Origin: Phoronis australis
Taxonomy: Eukaryota > Animalia > Phoronida
Assembly: GCA_002633005.1 (NCBI GenBank)
Contig: NMRA01000478.1
Location: 159,014 to 223,013 of the forward strand
Length of the DNA: 64,000 bases
Reading direction: 5' to 3'
Shown: positions 13,520 to 25,235 of the stretch, piece by piece
Layout of the letters: each line of letters opens with the position of its first letter
Position numbering within the stretch: position 1 is the stretch's first letter
The notes under the pieces: model-generated
What the model was told of the DNA's origin: nothing
Database searches by the model: none
The model's input: the letters and a program-made list of their open reading frames with translations, nothing else
Made by a program: the position numbers and the translations under genes

Positions 13520-13945
13520 ATGTCACGTAATACACCTGTGAAGACTCAGAGTCGATCTTGCTGTGTCTGCAACTGTCCACTCACCAAGGGACGTTTTTCT
13601 ATTATGGAATCTGATTCGGGAAGAACCAAACAACTCGCAAAACATTTAGCATTGTAAGGTGGTGTCAATATTTTTGAGGGGAGTATCTGCGTAAGTTGTG
13701 AAAGACTCTTACAGACGATTCACACCAAAGTGACTCATTTCAAATAAAAAATTGAACAAACTCAGAAGTTGTACAGACCCAAAAGTTGTGCGGTGGAGAG
13801 CCCAACTGTACCCTCGGCCAGATCTTAAGTTAGCGGTGACCATCGCAGAGAAAACGGTCGCACACTTTTTGAGTTACAGTCAGCATGAGCTGTTCAAGAA
13901 ATACAAAAACGCGCACCAGCTGATGAAAATATTTGCAGTGATTTA
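13520..13945 (+). pseudogene. Decayed N-terminal C4 zinc finger, probably of an Academ transposase
   Basis: MSRNTPVKTQSRSCCVCNC...KGRFSI...*GGVNIFEGSICVSCERLLQTI: CxxC...CxxC with in-frame stops, convergent with the helicase fragment below. Confidence 0.5.
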
Positions 13946-14726
13946 GCTAAAGAAATCACTGAACACTTCTCAACATCTACAGGTGCATCTTCGTCTAAAA
14001 TGAGGTTGTTGAAAGAGCTTCTAGTATTTTGAAGGATGAATAACTCAATGACTTTGCATAACAATTTATAGTGACATTTACAGTCATTGAAGTTGCATGC
14101 AATCAGGTGGTTCTGGACATAACACTGTCCAATTTTAATTCCAAGACTCAGTTAATGAGCCTCTACTGGAAAGCTCCCACTTTGGTGAGTTTTACAGATT
14201 TGCACACGAGTCTCTCCCATTTGTATTACTTTCCTCTTTACTTTTAACACCGGCCTTAAAATTATTTCTGAACATTCTGCTTGTTTTATACATTCCTGAT
14301 TCCTGAAAGAAATGATTAGTTTATTTGGTGCGAAATTGTGGGTAGTCGTCGTGGTTCCACTTAATCTATTAAGCCGCAACATGTGATAAAAAGACGGTAA
14401 AAGAACTAGGCAAGTGCAAGTAAACACATCAAAACTTGTATTTAGGGTTATTAGGAAAGAGTAAATACAGAAGCGCTTCTTATATGGCATGGCAAGATTA
14501 TTCATTATAGAGAGGAAAAAACAAAATGCAGTTGCTGGGCAATATGTCAAGTCAGCTTACGTTTGTATGCTGGCCAAGTCTTCACAATTTATTTTATGTT
14601 GGGCCTGTCAGTTGAAGACATAATAACTGCTGGGTTTTTCAATTGGAGATGATAAGAAATGTCTTTCACCGTTCTTGCAGTCGCTGTGGCAGTTAAGGCA
14701 CAAAAAACTGCCTGTGTTAACATCAC

Positions 14727-14895
14727 CTACAGCTTCCTCAGTTCCTGAAATTTGGGGCGGAAATTGTCGCCCCAACTCACGATGCATTGAGCTTCGTCAA
14801 CAACTACAAATCTTACGCATTTACACCATTCGGCTGCCAGGATACGTTTAGGAAAAGACACAAATTGTTCCGGATGACCAAGTACATATCGGTAT
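14727..14895 (-). pseudogene. RecQ-like SF2 helicase fragment (AcademH-type)
   Basis: YVLGHPEQF...VVVDEAQCIVSWGDNFRPKFQEL matches RecQ motif II (DEAH, here DEAQ) plus the aromatic-rich loop WG.DFRP. A possible Academ terminus TCGTGGACTA ends at 15298. Confidence 0.8.
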
Positions 14896-17382
14896 ATGTC
14901 ACTTGAACGACCAGCACTGCTGTCATCCTCACCATCTTCGCTGTTTGTCGACTCCACTTCAGGTTCTGTATGCACTTCTGGAACAAAAAAGTAGTAAGAA
15001 TAGAGATTAGCATACAATGACACCATTTTCTGTAAATGTGCCATTTTGATCGCACCCCTCATTTTGGCAGTTTTCATGGATGCATTTTCTAAGTTGGACT
15101 ATACAAGACCATCATCTGAACCTCTGTTGCTCCAGGTTATTCAGGTGCTTGAAAGCTTAAGTTATTTTATGAGAGGTGCAACTAAAAGTGGCAGCTAACA
15201 GTTTTTAATTTGAATTAATTTCTACAAAGAATATCTAATATGATTATAACAAAAAAAACAGAAAACAAACAAATTACGTTTTTTCTTGTCGTGGACTAGG
15301 GGTGGCATTACCTGTGCATGGAATGAGTCAATTTTAGGGACACAAGACCAACTTGACACCACAAAACTGCCTGTTTGTCAATTGTCAGGTGATATCTCCA
15401 TTGGGTATTGGCTTGGTGGTACTGACTTGCTTTCAAGTTCAATGGTAGAATGGCTCGTCAGACCTAACACCTAAATTCTAGTATTTGGCAGAAACTCGTG
15501 TAAGTGTTGCATTCGCTCCCCTGATCCCTTTCATTAAGTTGTAAAGGCGCTTGCCTCCAGGTTGCCACAGGTCATCACATATGTACCCAGGTAGACAGTA
15601 ACCATCACATCAATTTCGAGGGATGGTGACACTGTCTAGCACTCAGGCCCATTACGAAAACCTTATCAGAGTGGAGCGGATATAACCGACGTAGAATTGT
15701 CGTGAGGACTTGAAGGGGACCTCAGGGGTCTCACGCTTCACTGGCTTATCTACACTAATTTGAAAAGGCTTTGCCCATGCAGTCACACATTGTGCAGTGG
15801 CGGATCTACGTTTTCAGTAAGGGGGGTTGAGGATTCCCGCAAAGGTCGAATCCGAGGCGTGTGGCGCCGAGCGNCCTGGAGTTTTTCTTAAGATAATTAA
15901 AAACCCTTCTCGATTTCGTCACATGAACTTGGCTCATAAGTTTCGTGAAACCATATTTGTCCACATCTGGGTATGAGTCACACCACCAGCAAAAATTTTT
16001 GTTGGAACATCTGTTTACACACACCTCTTCAGCATACGAAAAAGTGTGGTGTGTACACAGGGGCTTAGACAAAAAACAAATATTCAAGAGCATAAGGAGC
16101 ACCGAAGGGGCGTAAAAAACTTGAATATCAGATGATCGCAACAGCCTCAAGCTGTTTAAGAACGAAGACCTGTACTGTTAGTTCGAAATAAACATGTGTT
16201 CAGTCTCGTTACGAGAAAAACTGGTGAAAGATGGTGCTCTCAGCTCATAGTCTATTATTAAAAGCGACAATAAATAATTAAGTATCACTTTATTACACTG
16301 AATCACGTTGACAACAATTAAAAAACGTCAAATGTATCAGGAAACAAATCATCTGAAAACAGTTTCACGAAACATTCTGTACATAGTGGTGAAAAGATAT
16401 ACAGCAGCAGTTCGCAGAGGGACCAGATGTACACTGAGAGTACACAAAAACTCTGGCCTGGACCGTCACGAGACCAAAAGTACACCTATGCTTATTATCT
16501 CTGTAAAAATAGTCGATCTGTCGCGGGACCAAACAGTACTGGCTGAGATAAATAGTTTTACAAAGTACACTTTGGTAAAAAACATCACAAGACTAGTTAG
16601 GTCGCCGAAGGACCACAAGTACACTGAAACTCGACATCTACACAAATCAAGCTGGTCTGGTCCGTCGCGAGACCTAAAGCGTACTTTACAAAAAACTTTG
16701 AATTGAAAACTTCGCTCTAGACACTTTTTAATCCCCAGTGGTTGCTCATACGTGTAGTTTACACATCTGCAGCCTATTTCACAAAGGTGGTTTAACAAAT
16801 TCAGGTTGAAGATTTAAACCTGGTCTCCCTAAAACTGGTCTAATTTTAGACCTGACTTGCATTTCACCAACATGGTTTAAGAGTCTGAAAGCCTGGTTTT
16901 GCTAGACCAGGGAGCTGGTTCAGTAAAACTAGGTTTAAAGTATCAAAGGCTACCCACTGTGTCGAGCTGGGCAAACCCGACAAAGAAACTATTGAAGTAT
17001 TTCAATGAAACCTTGATCACGTGGGTATACAACGACATATGCCAGTAGAATCAGTGCAGACATTTTCGACAAAGGTCTGAAAGCATTTCTCATGAGGAAA
17101 ATGTACACACACACATAAAGAGCATGCTCACGATTAGATGTGACATGATAAATGCCCAAATTTATGTCCGTGCCATTTTAGTGTTTATTTTTCGCTGTCA
17201 AAGGGGGACAAGGCCCCTTCCCGGCAACATTAAATCGGAGAACAGTGAAGGTGGAACTCAGTCAGACGAATCAGGTGATGCTGCCATAAGTCAAATCTGT
17301 AGCGCTTGCGACGATGAGCCCTGCTCGACAAGTCGTATTCTGAGGAATCCGCAGGATACACTCCAGCACGTACTGGTCTACG

Positions 17383-17670
17383 GATAGGCGGGTCCAGGGG
17401 TGTCATGGGGTCCGGAGCCCTCCTTTTCCCTTGATTTTAGTGATATCAAATCTATAATTTTCAAATTGTTGACTTGGTTCACCCTTTCAAAAAGTCCTTG
17501 ACCGCCCCCCCCCCGTTTAAAAAATCCTAGGATAGACCGATTAATGATTTTGCAAGTGTGGCATTGTCTGGGCAATACCTTATTAAGTATTCAATTTAAG
17601 TCCTTTTTTCGAAGCTCATTTATTTGAGAAAAGCTCATTTCAAATGAGAAGGTGTTTAGATCCGCCCCTG
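17383..17670. mobile_element. hAT5-like mini-MITE inside H1 copy 1
   Basis: (G)ATAGGCGGGTCC...GATCCGCCCCTG with 5-bp TSD CTACG. The same insertion is in H1 copy 2; this copy has an extra ~125-bp insert. Confidence 0.8.
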
Positions 17671-17912
17671 CTACGTTTGGTCTTGTGTCGTAGTAAAACT
17701 GAAGATTGAATATAGTCCATTTTTCGCTCTAAAACTGCGTCGCAAATGCACACCGCCGCATCGTTCAGTTGTACCTATACCATGCAAGTCTGACACTATT
17801 TAACAGTTAAACCTGGGTCTGACCAAGTCTAATGTTAAACATGGTTTAAGATCATAATACTGGTCTAAAGAATATAGACCTCGTTGGTGAAATGAGAAGT
17901 GACTTAGACCAA

Positions 17913-18313
17913 GGCCCAGTCTCTAATCTTTGAACTCGAAACGAACTCGAAACTATTTTTGGCAATTTCTCTGCTCCTTTTGTGCGAACTTAAGATAATT
18001 GGTTATCAGACTGTGCTCGAATACATTATAGTTTATGCATAGGAGTTTCTAGTTCAAGTTTGCACTTGAAGACCCTTATATTCGTGCTACAAACTCGAGT
18101 AAAAACTCGAAATTTCGAGTTCAAACTCGAACTTATTGCTTTAATATTGTGTTTACAAACCGTGAACTAAGGGCAATAAATTATCTACGTAAGTTATTGT
18201 GTTCTCGAGCATAGAATAATAGACACTTATCTTGAGTTTGTCCAAAAGTAGAGTAGAAAATGCCAAACCTAATTTCGAGTTCCATTTCGAGTAAAAAGAT
18301 TGGAAACCGGGCC
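17913..18313. mobile_element. Harbinger-type MITE (GGCCC TIR) nested in H1 copy 1
   Basis: GGCCCAGTCTCTAATCT / AGATTGGAAACCGGGCC, flanks CAA/CAG. Absent at the matching position of H1 copy 2 (ttaaacCAGgtct). Rich in ACTCGA subrepeats. Confidence 0.85.
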
Positions 18314-18751
18314 CAGGTCTAAACTGGAGTTAAACCAGGTTTTACAAGACCACTGGTCTTAAAGTTAAGCCACCTTTATGAAATGCAGATTATCTTTAAA
18401 CCTGGTCTAAGTCCAGTTTAAACCAGTTTGAAATTTAAACCACCTTTATGAAATCGGCTGCTGGTGGTCAACTGCTGCGACAGGTTGTCTAGGAAGGGTT
18501 TTCGCACCGTTCTGTAGTACTCACTGGAAAAACAATTGAGTACAGTTTTAACTACACAATACGTGAAATAGATTTTGGATATGAAGCAGATAGACGCAAG
18601 TGGAAATACAAATCATCAGTTTCTGTGCGCTCGTAGACACTCTGCTGTACTGGGTAAATTTGGCATGTCCAAAAATAATTTCTATTCCGTTTTCATTGTA
18701 CACATCATAAAAAACCAACATTATTACAAACTGTGTAGAATTACAACTTAT

Positions 18752-19140
18752 TACCTGGGTGTTTCTCCAGGAACGTTGGTCCTATCTTTCTGTTGTCTAG
18801 ACCTGCCGAGGAATCTGTATATCGGACCCAATGGTTTGCTCCTCTTGGAACCATTCTACCCAGACATCTTCGACGTTTTTTCCCAACACTTTCACTTCGT
18901 CAACTGCTGTGTCAATGAGCTTGTACGCCTCTACAGTGTCAGTATCTCGTTTCGCAGCTCAGTTGGCACTAAGCCCCCTGAGGTTACCAAATCCATTCCA
19001 AATACTTACAGCATGCGCAACTAAATTTGATCCGTTCATCATGGACTACTTCAAACCTTGACGATGTATCCCAGGAAACATTTGCATCTCTTGCAATTTT
19101 CGAAATAAATGTTCCAATGTCTGAACGCTTGAAACCCGAA
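18752..19140 (-). pseudogene. hAT (THAP12/ZMYM-like) transposase fragment
   Basis: Minus strand reads LRGLSA.. then DTDTVEAYKLIDTAVDEVKVLGKNVEDVWVEWFQEEQTIGSDIQIPRQV.. then QQKDRTNVPGETP across frameshifts. This resembles the LQ..D..A...PR..RQ..R.N.P region that precedes the hAT dimerisation domain. Confidence 0.6.
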
Positions 19141-21199
19141 GTACTAACATCAAATAAATGCCCATGGGCATGGACGTTTCGTCGGGTGGGCCTTTCTGCG
19201 GAAATTACCAGTATAGAAAAAGGCAGTGGTGCTTATTTCAGGTGGAAAGACTGTAGGTGTTGAGGTCGGCACTAGGACTCCTAGGAGGCCTATTGAACAT
19301 CGCACGAGTCCCGCAAGACTTTGTTGTGAAAATACAGCCTCCCCGCAATTTCTGGTACTGTACACTGTTCGCGAATGCGGTCACTTTGTCAATGTGAGTG
19401 CCCTCTTGGTCATTCCTTGTATAGACATAACTTGTTAGAGTGCATCTTCAAACAGACTCGCGACCAGACCACGGCGCCCGCCACAATAGCAATTCTTCGG
19501 AAAACGAGTATTTTTCAAAAGTATTACATGTACATGTACACCGTATGATATTGCGCAATACAACTTTACTATACACCAGTTAAATTCGAGACTCGAAATG
19601 CGTTGATTTTCATAACAGCAATTCACAATGCAAAACAAATATATTTTCAGAATGAACCACCCCCCTCCTTTTTTCCAAGTTGGTTTACTTGGGGTTTACA
19701 CACGCTGGCGGTGCCGTTTTTGTTTTGCTGGATACGTTTTTTTTTAATTTTTGGGTCCTGGCCCGAGGGGGGTTTAAACCCCCTGAACCCCCCCCCGTAG
19801 ATCCGCCACTGTTGTGTGTCGTAAAAAAGATAATGATACCTGCAGTTGACTCGGCAAGTAGAACTACTTTCGTTTATCACATTGCTGTAGACTCACAGTA
19901 GAACTGTGGTTTTCTTTTGGGATCAGACCGTCCGGACTTGCACCATATACCAACTCCGGACAGCCTCTCACAACTATTTAGCGTTTTTAAGTCAGAGCGG
20001 TTTACAGCTGGTTTTCTGTTTAGAAAGTGGAAACACTGGGTATTTCAACACAGTGTCTGGGTTTAGTGATTGGCTCAAGTTACAAACCAAGCATAGGTCT
20101 GACAAGTAATTCGCATGTATAGTAACCTAATATATTTGTTAAATGGCTTTCAGATTCGGTATTGAAAAAAAATTGGTGATCAATTGTTAGCCGTGTTAGA
20201 GTTCATGAGGCTTGATTTTAGCAAGTCTGATTGTTATCACTTCCTGTTGGCCCCTTTGCCAAACCAGATCAGGCTGTTAGATTTGTTCTCAAAATTTTCT
20301 AGAATCTCTAGAGTACTTTGACCCCAGAACCCAAAGTTGTAAACAGCATCTAAAAATAGATTTTGACGTTAAATTACTTGTCAACAAGTCTGACCCCATG
20401 ATTTAAAAGAACATATGCACAAATTTTGGGCAACTTAAAATGGATCTATTCTTACTAATTACTTAATCAATATTTTTTCTGACAGTGTCCACTCAATATG
20501 TAATGTTGCATCTGTTTTTATATTAGCATAAATCAAAGATGACGTCAACCTATATATTTGAATCACATGGACATAAAAAGCATACTCTTCCAATGTTAAG
20601 TGGCGTAGTTAGGGTCATATTAAAAATTAAGGCCACAGGAAGCGAGTGGTAGGTGCCTCCGGCCAAACTGAAAGAAAAATCAAAATTTCGAGCTAACTAC
20701 ACAAAATAAACATGGATTTAGCTAAACTTTACGTCATACATTTAGTATGTGGCCACCGATAATTCAAAATGTGCAAAAATCCATGGTGTGTACTGTTTAA
20801 AGAGTTAGTCTTGATGACTGAGCAATAAAAAATCTTGCCTCAACTTTGCACCTTAGTGAAAATCGTCTTGCAAAACTGTCTATTTTCATATTTTGGAAAT
20901 GACGAGCAGAGTTTACAGACCATTTGAATAAACTTTTAGGCAACAAGTCTGCTTTAAATAGTTATAGAAACCAAGTCTAAACTCTTTCAAATGAAAACAA
21001 GATGTTTTCCGGATTTATTACGCGGCTAGTATCAAACCTGAACCCGATGACCTTTGCCCACTGAGGGAGTCAGTTGAGGTTAAGCTTGAGGATATATAAA
21101 AAATGTACGTGTAACCCTCTTGTATTGTTTCATTTCTTTTACATTAGCAGGTTAATTTAAACACTCTGTAGAAACTTTAAATGGAAATAAATGCCTTTA

Positions 21200-22520
21200 A
21201 GATTAAACGAGTAAGAATTGATATTTGTAATGACTGGTTTTTAGAGAAGCAAGTGCATTTTAAAAAGCCAAAATGGCGGACGATGTCGATGGGCCTTCAT
21301 GTTCCTTTAGAGTTTATTCTGCAAAAAATCCGATCACAAAAGCTTTGTGCTTTAGTGAGTTATGTCAAAGACACCACTGAACATTTGAGATACAGGAAAC
21401 TACCTCACAAAGCAAGGCCTGTGCCAGAGTACGCACTTGTACTACCCAGAGTCGGTGAATTTGTGACTGAAAAGGACCAGTCATGGAAGAGTGAGGTAAT
21501 GCTGGATGTTACCACTCTGCTCCTCTCCTCCTGAACGTAGCAGCCTTGTCAAATTCAACCGGCATTTCTGTTTCAAGATATGACTTCAGTGAAAGTCAGA
21601 GTGGAAAGGATCTCTGTGATCGCAAGATCGCTCCACTCAAACAACATGCAAAGTACTTTGTAGCCGAAGGTAACAATATCATAAACTTTCTGGATTTGAA
21701 AGAAGCATTACTTTCCAGTGGGCGTGTGAAGGGATGTTATGTGTATGCATGTTCAGTCAATGCAACAAAGTCTTTTCCAAAATATTCAGTTCCTGGTATA
21801 AGCACATTCCCAAATTCCCACTATTCCACACAAGGAATTCGCGTGTGGAAATCATTCCATGTAGGTGACGATAAGTTCTTACAAATACTGAGAAAATGGG
21901 AAACCTATTTCTCTAAAATACACTAACATCTCTAAACATGGCGGATTTTCACAACCAAGAGTTAATGTTGGCATTGTATCTAGTGAAGAGCCTCAACAAA
22001 AGTACCAGCAAGGTTACTCGAAAGTTTTTGCTACAGACGCAGAACTAGGTCAGCATTTGGATGTGGGTAACCACACTGAACATTTACAGAGGGAAACCAC
22101 GTATGACCACATCGCACGACAGTGGTCAGAAATGCTTCCAGATGCAAGAACCGGAGCGTCATTTGAGAAAGCCTCAGAGTACTGTTTGGATGAGACGAAT
22201 GCTGAAGCTATAGGTTAGGCATTGAAAAAAGGTAAAAGGTCAACAAGATTTTCAGCAAAGGTTAAGAACTTTTTGACGAACATATTCGTTGAAGGGGATA
22301 AGTCAGGTAAAAACGTTCACCCTCGGAAGTGCCAAAATGGAGAAAAAATTACGAGAACCCACTGCTAAAGTGTTTACCTGTGATATTAAGTGAATCGCAG
22401 ATTGGTGGATTTTTTCGAGGTTGTCTGCAGTAATGTTTATGACGATGCAATTTCTGCTGAAGGTGCTGTTTTATCGTCAGATTTACTGAATGAAGTGGTA
22501 AATGAGCTCAACGTTTAGCC
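21200..22520 (+). pseudogene. Sola3-type DDD transposase pseudogene
   Basis: NAGCYH (21498-21515) is in frame with RYDFSESQSGKDLCDRKIAPLKQH. Downstream: HLDVGNH...ETTYD and G*ALKKGKRSTRFSAKVKNFLTNIFVEGDKSG. Frameshifts and stops present. Confidence 0.75.
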
Positions 22521-23329
22521 TAGTGTTGTAGCATACCAGTCAAAGATGTGTGATATATGAAGTCGAGAGCGTTACTTCTGTTTACTTCATGTCTGTCATG
22601 AATGAGTCATTAATAAAATTGTCTCTCGTGAATTATTTTCTATTGACTGTGAATGTGTATCTTTTTATACCACTGATGATCACACTGACAGAAATATTCA
22701 GCGTTAGGGTGCTCGGTGTGTGGGGGGAAGACCAGATTTCTGGCGACTGGTGGCGACTAAAATTTGTAGCAACCAACAGGGACATTACAATATGAACCCA
22801 AAGTTACAATGACTATTGGCAAGTTGAAGGATTTTTTGCACTGAACACTAAGGGGCCATATCCACCTTGGGTGCCTTCCTTTGCCTGTGGCACGAACAAG
22901 GTAGATAGAAAACAAGGCAGGGGTGAGTTCAGTAACACTAGAACCTCTCTAAAATTTATCCAAAACCACGTGTTCTCATTTAAAATGCAGGGCAATATCT
23001 CGCGAAGTATTGAGTTATAGCAAGGTCCTCGTGTTACTGCTCTTATTCTAGATGCGTCTTCAGTCTCTACGTAAACAAAAACAGCGCCATCTATCATTTA
23101 GAACCACGCATGCTTGTTGATTTACGTTACGTATTTTGTGTCATAAGCAATAATCATCAATGCCGTTTTCATAGAATGGTAATTAATAATGCTGTCTGCC
23201 TTTTCTCCAAAATACAAGGTTTTTATGTCGTCTTTCGCAAGCTAATTATATGTTCCAAGAGCCCCCTATTGGCAGCAGAGGCAACTGAGAACATGCAAAC
23301 GGACGAAGTGCAGTTCGTGTAATGCTTCG

Positions 23330-23831
23330 TACGCAAAAACTACATTAGAGGCAAGATTTTTTATTTTAGATTATGAACAGCTTAGGAATGACTTAACAAA
23401 TTATTATAAAGTCAATTTCAGGAAAGGTGCGTTATGGCTGCTACAGAGTGCCAAATTTGGCCGAAAATGGCTTCAGTGAAAACCTGAAAAATAGCCGTTT
23501 TTGCCTCACAAATTCAAAACGTACAAATTTAAAAATGGATTTTGAAAGTTATGCCATTAAATTATTCAACCATTGTCCATTCAATTCGTATTATTCATTT
23601 GTTTTGTCCTTACCACACATGCTAGTAAAATGCACTAAAACACGCCTACTTCGACGCCCAATTTTGTTGCAAAATGGAGGTACAGGTCATAAAAAGAAAA
23701 ATAATGAACGAAAAGTCTTAATAAGTGGGGTTTTCCTACATCTCAACAAACCAAACTCATGTGCTAAGTTTAAAAAAAATCGGTGATTTTGGGTATAGAC
23801 TCTACCTGTTGGTTTTTATATGGAGTCACTC
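23330..23831 (+). mobile_element. Probable Sola3 right terminus
   Basis: Ends ...GGAGTCACTC|TTAA (Sola3 has GAG..CTC termini and TTAA targets). The TTAA matches the internal TTAA ~18 bp into Kolobok family B. Inner boundary approximate; left terminus not found. Confidence 0.55.
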
Positions 23832-25235
23832 TTAATTAGTCTTTTTACCGTCTTAATCGGTACATATCCACATCGCCTCTTTTACGGTCGACATCACCTT
23901 GCCAAGAGGTGTCGTGTTAATCTGTGAGGAAGGTGAAAAACGACGCAGTGACGTCAGTGGTTCGTCTGCAGAGTGAATGCCGCTATATTGCGGTGCATCG
24001 TTCCCGCTTGTCCGAACTATGAAAATGCGAAGAAAGCGGTTATATCGTTTTTTCGATTTCCTCGAGAGCCCGAAGTGGTTAGAAAGTGGCTCGCGGTAGT
24101 GAAGAATGAAAAGTACGCTGCTAATAGCAAAGTATGAGGCCGTGAAACATCACCGTGTCTGTGACCGGCTTTTCGTCGACAGTGATTTCTATGACGAATT
24201 CCGGCTTGCCGAAGAACTATCCATACGTTCCGTTGCCTGTGCTTGTTCACGGCGCCTCTCTAGTGTTTCTTGATCAGTGTATTCTGGTTCGAACTGATAG
24301 CCTGTGAAACCTAACGATCCGACCCGTGAAGTCTTCGTAGGATGAGCTCCTGACCAAGTCGGGATTGGCGCGGGGCGAGTTGTCATGTAGACGTTTATTA
24401 TTCTGCGTTGTGTTTCAAAAGGAATTATCCTCATCCTAACCAATGCTTATGTACAACTGAAACAAAGTCTGTCTCAGTAGATGCAATTTGTAATGCCTTG
24501 GAGTGTTCGTGAGTGCAAATGTTGAGAAGCCAGCAATGAATAAACCACCGTTCGTTACCGGTTTTTGATGCCGGCAACAAAGGTAATTGACCGGGCACCG
24601 AGGCCGTGTGAGCGCATGCTAATTCAGTGTTTCCTGACAGAAAGCTGCTGTTAAACAATTACTCGATTTTATATGCTCTGGTCACATGTTAGGGAAATCG
24701 TTATCTAAAAATGCAAATACTTTATTCAAATCATTGTTACTGTACAACCTTTGCCCTGACGGTTCTGTGGGAGGGGAACCAGACTTCGAGGGTCCCGACA
24801 AGTAAGTAGATTTTCAGTTTCGTGGCTAATTCACATAAATAATTGCGGGCACATTATTTTTTTGGCTAACTAGTATAGTGGTTTCGTGAATGGAGGTATA
24901 CTTTCCACCTCAAGCTCGTTTATGTTCGTGCCAGTCCCGGCTAGATCGGGGCCGGGATAACGAGTCAGTCCGGTCGCGACGGGCCTGATCGGGTCCGAGC
25001 CACTGACCGGGATAACAAGCGTTTTGTGTGTGTAGAATTCAAAAAATCACAAGGCGACACAACACAGATCTAGGTTCTCCTGTCTGTATTTTACGGAAGA
25101 ACACTTCGAATTTATCTCCGAACAGACCCCAAACTCCTGCTACGGACCTTGGTAAATTGGCGTGCCGAACTTTTTAGGCAACGGTGTGTCCAAAATTAAT
25201 AGAAATCCGTAAGAGCGAAATAACACAGAAACACT
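23832..25235 (+). mobile_element. Non-autonomous Kolobok-like element, family B, copy 2
   Basis: Homologous to copies 1 and 3. THAP remnant RCIVPACPNY..KAVISFFRFPREPEVVRKWLAVVKNEKY on +. ORF 24189-24443(-) has GYQFEPEYTDQETLERRREQ (KolX-like). 24950-25235 matches 62310-62580. Confidence 0.8.

Larger units (their letters stand above)
16770..18460 (+). mobile_element. Harbinger-type MITE (family H1, copy 1) nested in the hAT element
   Basis: TIR CAGCC(T/G)ATTTCA(C/T)AAAGGTGGTTTAA. 3-bp TSD CTG/CTG. Many aaaccagg/cctggttt subrepeats. Collinear with 54200-55352. Confidence 0.9.
15795..19811 (-). mobile_element. Decayed hAT transposon with 5-bp TSD (hAT5-like)
   Basis: Perfect 16-bp TIR CAGTGGCGGATCTACG. 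TSD TTGTG at 15790-15794 and 19812-19816. Internal hAT transposase remnant. Confidence 0.8.

Noticed and set aside
15592-15639. Hairpin tagacagtaaccatc...gatggtgacactgtcta
   Set aside because: Single imperfect inverted repeat with no supporting context.
16790-18460. Recurrent aaaccagg/cctggttt and ACTCGA motifs that superficially resemble a CRISPR-like array
   Set aside because: Units are degenerate, irregularly spaced, in both orientations and bounded by TIRs and TSDs, so they are MITE subterminal repeats. No cas genes; eukaryotic context.
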